NCBI GenBank assembly: GCA_037137535.1
Contig: JBAXKC010000037.1
Coordinates: forward strand, 1-23,988
Length of the DNA stretch: 23,988 nt
Source: a bacterium
GTDB taxonomy: Bacteria > Cyanobacteriota > Vampirovibrionia > Gastranaerophilales > JBAXKC01
Direction: 5' to 3'
The notes under the pieces were generated by a model. The model did not search any database. It saw only the letters and a list, made by a program, of their open reading frames with translations, and was not told the origin of the DNA. Position 1 is the first letter of the stretch; each line of letters starts with the position of its first letter. Positions 1-7,476 of the stretch are shown piece by piece. A program made the position numbers and the translations under genes.

Positions 1-73
1 TATTGTGTAAATTTAATTTCTATCTGAATCAGGAAAGTTTGTTAAGAACCCGTTTTAAACTAGAGTTTTTTTA

Positions 74-670
74 TTACATTTCTCTTCTATCTTCTAAAGC
101 CTTAACAATAGTTACTTCATCAGCGTAATCGAGATCACCGCCGATTGGTAGACCGAATGAAATCCTTGTAACTTTTATACCAAGCGGTTTTAATAGCTTA
201 CTTAAATATAAACTTGTTGCTTCACCTTCAATTGAAGGATTTAAAGCTAAAATTATCTCTTTAACTTCAATGTTACCGCAACGTTCTAAAAGCTCTTTAA
301 CACGCAAATCCTGAGGACCTATTCCATCAAGAGGAGAGATTAACCCCTGTAAAACATGGTATTTGCCTTTAAGTTCTTTCGTTCTTTCAAGAGCAATTAA
401 ATCTCTTGTTTCAGCAACTACACATAAAATATTATCTTCTCTTCTTTCATCCGAGCATATTTCGCAAGGAGATTGAGAAGACATATTAAAACAAATTTTA
501 CAGTATTTAATTTTTTCTTTTGCATCCAAAATAGAGTTACAAAAATTCTTCACCTCTTCATGAGGCATTTTTAATAGATGAAACGCCATTCTTTGAGCTG
601 ACTTAGGACCAATTCCCGGCAACTTTTGAAATTCTTCGATAAGTTTTGCCAAAGGCTTGGTATATTGCAT
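74..670 (-). CDS. recR: Recombination mediator RecR
   Basis: N-terminal HhH (LPGIGPKSAQRMAF), C4 zinc finger (CKIC...CEIC), Toprim (GKYHVLQGLISPLDGIGP, NPSIEGEAT, DYADEVT); directly follows ybaB. Confidence 0.98.
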   Translation of the reverse strand: MQYTKPLAKLIEEFQKLPGIGPKSAQRMAFHLLKMPHEEVKNFCNSILDAKEKIKYCKICFNMSSQSPCEICSDERREDNILCVVAETRDLIALERTKELKGKYHVLQGLISPLDGIGPQDLRVKELLERCGNIEVKEIILALNPSIEGEATSLYLSKLLKPLGIKVTRISFGLPIGGDLDYADEVTIVKALEDRREM

Positions 671-1012
671 CTAGAATAACCCCGGAATATTTAATCCACC
701 TGTTAATGTGCTCATTTTATCTTGAAGTGCAGATGAAACTTTATTGTTAACATCGCTGATTGCACTTAAAATCAAATCTTCAAGCATCTCAACTGTTTCA
801 TCATCAACGCTTTCAGGATTTTCAGCATTAATAGCTTCTTTTTTAAGTTTAATTGATTTTATTTCATTTTTCCCGTTAAATACAACGGTTACTGCGCCAC
901 CGCCTGAAACACCTGTATATTCAGCTCTTTCAAGGTCTTCTTGCATACCTTGTGCTTTTTTTTGCATTTCCTGAGCTTGCTTCATCATTTTTTGAAGATT
1001 GAATCCTTGCAT
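671..1012 (-). CDS. ybaB: YbaB/EbfC family nucleoid-associated protein
   Basis: MMKQAQEMQ...GVSGGGAVTV...EMLEDLILSA...TGGLNIPGLF signature; abuts recR; SD GGGGAGG upstream. Confidence 0.96.
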   Translation of the reverse strand: MQGFNLQKMMKQAQEMQKKAQGMQEDLERAEYTGVSGGGAVTVVFNGKNEIKSIKLKKEAINAENPESVDDETVEMLEDLILSAISDVNNKVSSALQDKMSTLTGGLNIPGLF

Positions 1013-1048
1013 TTTATTAACCTCCCCTAAGAAATTTCATTAAAATAA

Positions 1049-1077
1049 TTGCCAATATCTTGCTAATACAGTATAAA
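1049..1077 (+). promoter_or_regulatory. Putative sigma70-type promoter for the matrixin gene
   Basis: TTGCCA (1049-1054), 17-nt spacer, TATAAA (1072-1077), about 40 nt upstream of ATG 1117; the AT-rich background lowers certainty. Confidence 0.35.
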
Positions 1078-1116
1078 ATAAATATAGGAAAATAGAAAGT
1101 TACGTGCCTTTAAAAA

Positions 1117-1947
1117 ATGCAATACACAACATATGTAGAACAATGTTTAAGAAATAATAAAATCATTCGCTGGCCTGACTCAGCAATGCCTTTGACTGTC
1201 TATATAGCACCTTTCAGGTGGTATAACAAATCTCAAGGAGATGTTTATGCTTACAGACAAATGGTCTTTGATGCGCTCAAACTATGGGAAAAAGCCTCTG
1301 ACGGTTTAGTTTCTTTTCAAATAGTAGGAACTTTAAACGCATCTCAGATTAACCTTGAATGGAGAAGAGTAGACAGAAGTTCTTTGGGTGATTGCAATTT
1401 TAATTTTGATAATCAATCAAGACTTTTTTCGGCAGAAATAACCATAGGAATCTCTGACGGTGTTTTACATGCCCGCTATCAAGATAAAAATGAAGTTTAC
1501 CACACAATAGTCCATGAAGTGGGTCATGCTCTAGGATTAGGGCATAGTCCTTTCAAATCTGACATAATGTATGTCCCTCATCAGTTTGGGGTTGAAACTG
1601 CTTCTGAAATAGATAAAAACACTTTAAGATGGCTCTACAAATTCAATTACGGCTTAAATTCAGAGGAAATTTTATCTTCCTATAGCTCATACAGAGCCAC
1701 AAATCTTGATGATCTGGTTTTAAAGATAGAAAAACCACAAAAGATAAAAGAAGAGGTTGCCTCATTTAAACCGCCTCAACCGCAAAAATTAAGCCCTGCA
1801 CAATTAGATGAGCAACAAAAAATACTTGCCGATATAAATAAATATAATTTGTCTTTGCAAAATATTGGTCTTTCGCAAAAACATCAAAGTTTTATAAAAA
1901 AAATTCATATTGAAGAGTCCACGAAAAAAGACGATAAAAAGTTTTAA
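1117..1947 (+). CDS. Matrixin (M10-like, metzincin) zinc metalloprotease without an evident signal peptide
   Basis: HEVGHALGLGHS (HExxHxxGxxH) followed by Met-turn DIMY; N-terminal IRWP..PLTVYI segment. Confidence 0.9.
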   Translation: MQYTTYVEQCLRNNKIIRWPDSAMPLTVYIAPFRWYNKSQGDVYAYRQMVFDALKLWEKASDGLVSFQIVGTLNASQINLEWRRVDRSSLGDCNFNFDNQSRLFSAEITIGISDGVLHARYQDKNEVYHTIVHEVGHALGLGHSPFKSDIMYVPHQFGVETASEIDKNTLRWLYKFNYGLNSEEILSSYSSYRATNLDDLVLKIEKPQKIKEEVASFKPPQPQKLSPAQLDEQQKILADINKYNLSLQNIGLSQKHQSFIKKIHIEESTKKDDKKF

Positions 1948-2150
1948 CTTATGGCGGTATAAAAAGCTATTGCCGATTTTAAAACGGTTATTTCTTGACC
2001 TGTATCGGTTTTAACATGAAAGCAAAATACATCATGCCAGATTATATTACCTGTTATTACTTTATCGTTTAAGAGATGAAAACTGACAATTTTTTTATTT
2101 ATTATAAAGTTTTTAAGTTCAAATAGAGAAGGTCCTTGATTTTCGCTCAT
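1944..2150 (-). CDS. hfq: Hfq-related Sm-fold protein, cyanobacterial type
   Basis: 68 aa: PS-helix, VSFHLLNDKVITGNIIWHD (Sm1), ITVLKSAIAFY (Sm2); matches the cyanobacterial Hfq pattern (G-x-I-x-W-Q/H-D, AIAY/F) rather than E. coli YKHAI. Confidence 0.8.
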   Translation of the reverse strand: MSENQGPSLFELKNFIINKKIVSFHLLNDKVITGNIIWHDVFCFHVKTDTGQEITVLKSAIAFYTAIS

Positions 2151-3073
2151 TTCTTCTTCTCCTCACGCTTGATTTTCAAGGTTTTATTTATTTTTAATAA
2201 ATTAATAATTTTTTCTATTCTATCTTTATCAAGTGGATTTTTTTCAATAGAAATATATTTTTCATAAGTTTGTAAAGCTTGTTCATTATTATTCAATTTA
2301 TAATATGCATCAGCAAGATGAAGATATATCTCACTTAATGATGGATCTAACTCTATTGCTTTTAAATAATATTCAACGGCTTTTTTGTAATTGCCGATTC
2401 CGTAATATGCAAAACCTGTACTATCAAGAGTAGGTGCGCTTTTAGGTTGCAACTTCAAAGATTTTTCACAATAAGAAATAGCTTCTGAAGGCTTTCTTAT
2501 ATTCGCTAAGCCAAAACACATATTATTAAGTGCTTCAGGAAAATCAGGTTTATAACTGACCGATATTTGTGTATATTTTACTGCATTTATATAGTCACCT
2601 TTTTGTGCATAAATCACACCGATATCATAGTTGATATAAGCATTATAAGGCATTAAAGACGAGGCTTTAATCACATAAGATAAAGATTCATTATTTCTAC
2701 CCATTTTGCCTAAAAATAATGAATAATAATAATTAGCTTTTTTATTTTCGTTATCAAGCTGTAATATTTGTTTGTACTGAGCTTCAGCTTCTTGATTGTA
2801 ATTTAATGCTTCATATATTGCAGCAAGGCTTAATCTTGCTTCAATATTTTCAGAATTCAAAGCAACAGCTTTCTCAAAATGCTCTTTTGCTCTATTGTAA
2901 TTTCCCTGCAATAAAAAACTTTCTGCAATCATTTTTGACACATCAGAGAAATTTTTATCAATTGATTGAGGACTTTTAAGCATAGTATTAAATGCAAAAG
3001 CAGGACAAGAGATTAATCCGATAAATGAAATCAGAAGAGTTTTAATCGCAATTTTTTTTGTATTTAAAAGCAT
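2147..3073 (-). CDS. Secreted/periplasmic tetratricopeptide repeat protein
   Basis: Sec signal peptide (KKIAIKTLLISFIGLISCPAFA); about 7 tandem TPRs (e.g. GNYKKAVEYYLKAIELDP); its stop overlaps the hfq start (ATGA). Confidence 0.9.
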   Translation of the reverse strand: MLLNTKKIAIKTLLISFIGLISCPAFAFNTMLKSPQSIDKNFSDVSKMIAESFLLQGNYNRAKEHFEKAVALNSENIEARLSLAAIYEALNYNQEAEAQYKQILQLDNENKKANYYYSLFLGKMGRNNESLSYVIKASSLMPYNAYINYDIGVIYAQKGDYINAVKYTQISVSYKPDFPEALNNMCFGLANIRKPSEAISYCEKSLKLQPKSAPTLDSTGFAYYGIGNYKKAVEYYLKAIELDPSLSEIYLHLADAYYKLNNNEQALQTYEKYISIEKNPLDKDRIEKIINLLKINKTLKIKREEKKK

Positions 3074-3264
3074 ATACCTAATTAATCCAATATTGATACT
3101 ACGTCAGTTATTATATAAAATTAGTTTAATAAAAGATAGAAAATAATTTCACCTTTATAAAGATTTTACAGTAAAAATAGTTCTCTGTAATTAAACAATT
3201 AACTGGTATATTAACAGAGTTTTAGTGTAGAATTATGAAAATAAGCTTGATGGAGATTAAAGTT

Positions 3265-4572
3265 TTGTGGGATTTAATAGTTGCAGGAAGCGGTATGGCA
3301 GGTGTCGGAGCAGCAATTTCAGCCTCGAAAAACGGATGTAAAACCTTGCTGGTTGAGAAATTAAGTTTTTTAGGCGGAACAGCAACAGCAAGTCTTGTTA
3401 CTCCTATGATGAAAAATATGTTATCCAATGGAGAAAGCCTAAACACTCCACTTTTTGATGAATTAACCTACAGGCTTCGAAAAAGCGGCAATGGCGGAAC
3501 TCATGAAAACTTAAATTCCGGCTGGTTTAATCCTGAAATAATGAAATACGTATTAGATGACATGTGCGAAGAAGCAGGTGTAGAAATATTATTTGACAGC
3601 ATTGTATCTGATGTAACTGTTTCCGAAAACAAAATCACATCAATTGAAGTTGTAAACAAGGCAGGTAAACAATTTTATAACGCAAAATATTTTATCGATG
3701 CGACAGGAGATGCTGACCTAGCTGCCTTTGCAGGAGTAGAATACGTCAGAGGAAACGAAAACGGTATAAATCAAGCAGTAAGCCTAAGATTTATGATGTC
3801 AGGCGTTGATATAGAAGCATTAGCTAAATGGATAAAACACATTGATCCAAGTGATCATGTTTCACCTGTTTGCAGAGATGAAAACGGAAATATACTTTTA
3901 ACAACAGCCTATACATCAGAAGACAAAGATTGGAAATTAAAACCTATCTTTGAATTAGGGTTGAAAGAAAAAATAATAAAACCCGAGGACGTTGAATATT
4001 TTCAGATTTTTTCCGTCCCCGGACAAAAAAGCACAATTGCCTTTAACTGCCCTAGAATCTCCTCAAAAAAAGAATTAAATACCTTAAATCCTCAAGATTT
4101 AAGTTATGCCTATATAATGGGAAGAAAACAAATATTGAGAATTGCAGAATTTTGCAAAAAATATTTTATAGGTTTTGAAGATGCTTTTATCTCAGAAATA
4201 GCTCCACTTATAGGTGTTAGAGAATCAAGAAGAATTGTAGGTAAATATACATTAACTGAAAAAGATATCGTATCAGCAAAGAAATTTAAAAATAGTGTAG
4301 CGAAGTCTAATTATCCTGTAGATATACATTCGCAGGAAAAAAATAAAAGTGTATTAGAAATGCTACCCGAGAATGATTATTATGAAATTCCGTTAGATTG
4401 TTTATTACCAAAAAATATAGATAATTTACTGGTTGTTGGAAGATGTATTTCTGCAACATTCAGAGCGCAGGCTTCATTGAGAATTCAGCCGACTTGTCTT
4501 GCAATGGGAGAAAATGCAGGTATTCATATATCACAACTGTTAAATAAAAGTGAAAAGCTATTAAAGGGATAA
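3265..4572 (+). CDS. FAD-dependent oxidoreductase (FAD_oxidored/PF12831-like)
   Basis: Rossmann DLIVAGSGMAG, LGGTAT, FIDATGDADLA, GVRESRRIVG, YEIP..CL, LLVVGRCISA. The ORF is open from 3235, but TTG 3265 after SD GGAG (3252-3255) fits the domain start better. Confidence 0.9.
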   Translation: MWDLIVAGSGMAGVGAAISASKNGCKTLLVEKLSFLGGTATASLVTPMMKNMLSNGESLNTPLFDELTYRLRKSGNGGTHENLNSGWFNPEIMKYVLDDMCEEAGVEILFDSIVSDVTVSENKITSIEVVNKAGKQFYNAKYFIDATGDADLAAFAGVEYVRGNENGINQAVSLRFMMSGVDIEALAKWIKHIDPSDHVSPVCRDENGNILLTTAYTSEDKDWKLKPIFELGLKEKIIKPEDVEYFQIFSVPGQKSTIAFNCPRISSKKELNTLNPQDLSYAYIMGRKQILRIAEFCKKYFIGFEDAFISEIAPLIGVRESRRIVGKYTLTEKDIVSAKKFKNSVAKSNYPVDIHSQEKNKSVLEMLPENDYYEIPLDCLLPKNIDNLLVVGRCISATFRAQASLRIQPTCLAMGENAGIHISQLLNKSEKLLKG

Positions 4573-4576
4573 AAAA

Positions 4577-5374
4577 ATGACAATAAATAACCTTTTAATG
4601 ACGGCAATTATGCCACATCCGCCAATTATGCTTGAAGAAGTAGGCGGCAAAGAAATTCCCAAAGTACAAATAAGTATAGACGGTGCTAATCAGCTTTCTC
4701 AAAAAATTGTTTCGCTAGAACCCGAGTTGATTGTTATAATTACGCCTCATTCTGTATTTGATAGAAATAAATTCGGAATTTATTATACAGATAGAATAAT
4801 TGGCAATATGGCAAGATTTGGAGTTAGCGGATTAACTTTAAATTTTCCCGGTGATAAACAATTTGCAGATAAATTAGTTGAATCAGCAAAAAATGAACAA
4901 CTTGAAATGCAAAAATTCCCTGAAAATTTAGGACTTGATCATGGTAGTTTTGTTCCTTTGTATTTTTTAAATAAGGCCGGCTACAAAGCAAAAGTTTGCG
5001 TTATAAATTATTGTGGACTTGATAGACAATCACATCTTAAATTTGGCAGAATAATAAAAGAAACTATAGAAAATTATGGCGAAAAAGCTGTATTTATAGC
5101 AAGCGGTGATTTAAGCCATAAAGTGACAATTAATGCCCCTGCCGGTTATTGCCCCGAAGGAAAAATATTCGATAATAAACTTATTGAATTAGTGAAGCAA
5201 GGAGATTACAAAGACATCATAAATTTAGATCAGACATTAAGGCATCAGGCCGGTGAATGTGCCTATAATTCACTTATGGTAGCATTCGGAATATTAAACG
5301 GACTACCTGTTCATAACCATATTTATTCATACGAAGCTCCTTTTGGAGTGGGTTACCTTGTTGCGGAGCTATAA
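4577..5374 (+). CDS. AmmeMemoRadiSam system protein B-like / LigB (class III extradiol dioxygenase fold) protein
   Basis: MPHPP, IITPH, LDHG, ASGDLSH, GEC and YEAPFGVGY motifs; directly upstream of an AMMECR1 gene. Confidence 0.88.
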   Translation: MTINNLLMTAIMPHPPIMLEEVGGKEIPKVQISIDGANQLSQKIVSLEPELIVIITPHSVFDRNKFGIYYTDRIIGNMARFGVSGLTLNFPGDKQFADKLVESAKNEQLEMQKFPENLGLDHGSFVPLYFLNKAGYKAKVCVINYCGLDRQSHLKFGRIIKETIENYGEKAVFIASGDLSHKVTINAPAGYCPEGKIFDNKLIELVKQGDYKDIINLDQTLRHQAGECAYNSLMVAFGILNGLPVHNHIYSYEAPFGVGYLVAEL

Positions 5375-5389
5375 AAAGGATTATTCATT

Positions 5390-5902
5390 ATGAAACCTCA
5401 AGAATTAGCAAAACTTACCGTAGAAATGATGATAAAAGAAGGTAAGAAACCGACATTACCAATTCAACTTGATGACGTAAGTATCGATAAAGCAGGAACA
5501 TTTACTTCCATAAAAACCAAAAATGATCAACTGCGAGGTTGCATTGGAACAATATTTCCTACACAAAATTCAGTTACAGAAGAAATTATCAGCAACTCTA
5601 TTTCAGCAGCAACAAAAGACCCTAGATTTCCTGCTATTCAAAGACAAGAACTTGCTGATTTAACTATTTCAGTTGATATACTTCATGCACCTGAACCTGT
5701 AGCTCATATCTCAGAACTTGATCCAAAAGTTTACGGACTTATTCTTGTAGGGGTATCAGGCAGACAGGGGCTATTATTGCCCGATTTAGAAGGAATTGAT
5801 ACAGCCGAAAAACAAATGGATCACTGTAGACTTAAAGCAGGAATTCAAAAAAATGAACCTGTAAAACTTTACATATTTAAAGTAGATAGATATAAAGATT
5901 AA
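5390..5902 (+). CDS. amrA: AmmeMemoRadiSam system protein A (AMMECR1 domain)
   Basis: LRGCIGT, AATKDPRFP, ISVDIL, GLLLP and KAG motifs; SD AAGGA upstream. Confidence 0.93.
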   Translation: MKPQELAKLTVEMMIKEGKKPTLPIQLDDVSIDKAGTFTSIKTKNDQLRGCIGTIFPTQNSVTEEIISNSISAATKDPRFPAIQRQELADLTISVDILHAPEPVAHISELDPKVYGLILVGVSGRQGLLLPDLEGIDTAEKQMDHCRLKAGIQKNEPVKLYIFKVDRYKD

Positions 5903-6019
5903 TTACATTTTTATACCAATCCAACTTATTTTTTAATAATTGAATTTAAAAAGCACATTACCCGATAGATTATATTGCTTACTGACAAAAGTAAAACTAG
6001 TGAAAAAGATAAAAAATTA

Positions 6020-6049
6020 GTCGATGGCTGAATCCATCGACCTTTTCTT
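6020..6049 (+). terminator. Intrinsic terminator after the FAD oxidoreductase-amrB-amrA operon
   Basis: Perfect 8-bp stem GTCGATGG / CCATCGAC with a 6-nt loop, followed by CTTTTCTT. Confidence 0.65.
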
Positions 6050-6143
6050 GAAATAGATGAAAAAATTTAGTCAATATTGAAACAAGTTTCGCATGACGTT
6101 TTATCAATTATTTTGTTGGAGAGGAATAACGGAGAAATATATT

Positions 6144-6659
6144 ATGGATGTTTTTAAGGCAATAAGTGAAAGAAGCAGTATTCGTTCATATGTAGATAAA
6201 GAAGTAGAACAGGAAAAGATCGATAAAATTTTAGAAGTAGCGCGATTATCTCCATCAGCAAGCAATAAGCAGAGATGGAAATTTATTGTGGTTAAAAACA
6301 AAGAAACCATTAATAAACTGGCTATTGCCTCTCGAAATCAATTATTTATTGCGGAAGCTCCTATAGTTATTGTGGCATGTGCAGTTGAATCAAGCCATGT
6401 AATGACCTGCGGACAACCTGCATATACTGTTGATTTATCAATAGCTTTCTCTTATATGCTTTTAGAAGCACATGCATTAGGCTTAGGGGCTTGTTGGATA
6501 GGTGCATTTTTTGAAGAGCCTGTTAAAGAGATATTAAATATTCCGCCATCAATAAAAGTTGTGGCTTTGACTCCGATAGGATACGCTAAGGGAGAGCTGG
6601 TTGTCCCTAAAAAACGTAAAACTTTAAGTGAAATAGTTTGTTATGAAGAATATCAATAA
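6144..6659 (+). CDS. Nitroreductase family protein
   Basis: [39 protein letters not shown] 6144 follows SD GGAG (6131-6134) and is preferred over 6093. Confidence 0.95.
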   Translation: MDVFKAISERSSIRSYVDKEVEQEKIDKILEVARLSPSASNKQRWKFIVVKNKETINKLAIASRNQLFIAEAPIVIVACAVESSHVMTCGQPAYTVDLSIAFSYMLLEAHALGLGACWIGAFFEEPVKEILNIPPSIKVVALTPIGYAKGELVVPKKRKTLSEIVCYEEYQ

Positions 6660-6683
6660 TTTATAAAGATAGGAGCTAAAATA

Positions 6684-7256
6684 ATGAAAGTTGTTGGATT
6701 TAACGGAAGTCCGAGAAAAAATGGGAATACTTCAATATTAATCAATTATGTATTTGAAGAATTAAATAAAGAAGGAATAGAAACTGAATTATTCAATATT
6801 GCTCAAAAACCTTTAAGAGGCTGTATGGCTTGCGGGAAATGCAAAGAATTAAAAAATGGCAGATGTATTATTGAAAACGATGATCTTAATTTTTATCTCG
6901 AAAAAATGATTGAAGCAGACGGAATTATCTTGGGTTCTCCAACTTATTTCAGCAATATGTCAGCAGAAATGGCCGCACTAACTCAAAGGGCAGGGGTTGT
7001 TGCAAGAGCAAATAATCACTTACTTCAGAGAAAAATAGGTACTTCTGTTGTTGCAGAAAGAAGAGCAGGAGCAACATCGGTTTTTAGCGCATTGAATTAC
7101 TTTTTCCTGATTGCTCAAATGGTTGTTCCAGGCTCATCTTATTGGAATATGGGTATAGGTATGGGCGAAGGTGATGTGGAAAAAGACTTAGAAGGTGTTC
7201 AAATAATGAGAACACTAGGACAAAACATGGCATGGATTTTGAAAAAAGTTAATTAA
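6684..7256 (+). CDS. Iron-sulfur flavoprotein / NADPH-dependent FMN reductase (flavodoxin family)
   Basis: NGSPRKNGNT, CMACGKC...C Fe-S motif, ADGIILGSPTYF, GSSYWN; SD AGGAG. Confidence 0.94.
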   Translation: MKVVGFNGSPRKNGNTSILINYVFEELNKEGIETELFNIAQKPLRGCMACGKCKELKNGRCIIENDDLNFYLEKMIEADGIILGSPTYFSNMSAEMAALTQRAGVVARANNHLLQRKIGTSVVAERRAGATSVFSALNYFFLIAQMVVPGSSYWNMGIGMGEGDVEKDLEGVQIMRTLGQNMAWILKKVN

Positions 7257-7308
7257 CTTGAGTCGCTAATTTTAATTATAAAACTCTTCATTATTTGGCG
7301 ACTCAAGT
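7256..7308 (+). terminator. Long-loop inverted repeat after the Fe-S flavoprotein gene (probable terminator or 3' stabiliser)
   Basis: ACTTGAGTCGCTAA (7256-7269) / TTGGCGACTCAAGT (7295-7308): 14-bp stem with one U-G pair and a 25-nt loop; no clear U tract. Confidence 0.5.
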
Positions 7309-7476
7309 GAATTAAGAATTAATCTCTTAATTATGGATAATACCCTTACTTCCAATGTGGAAAACAATAATACATATTAAAATCTGAATAAAATATTATG
7401 AATCTTTGTTCTGATATTTTTAAATTTCCTACTATCTTGATAAATAAAATTAAGACAAAGGAAAAAGGTTTTAACT

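Noticed and set aside
744-974. 76-aa plus-strand ORF
   Set aside because: Antisense shadow of ybaB; Ser-rich with no recognisable motif
3222-3446. 74-aa minus-strand ORF
   Set aside because: Antisense to the FAD oxidoreductase N-terminus
5372-5392. Possible broken LigB-AMMECR1 fusion (pseudogene or readthrough)
   Set aside because: Both domains are complete and amrA has its own SD (AAGGA) and ATG, so the split looks genuine
6104-6310. 68-aa minus-strand ORF
   Set aside because: Antisense shadow of the nitroreductase
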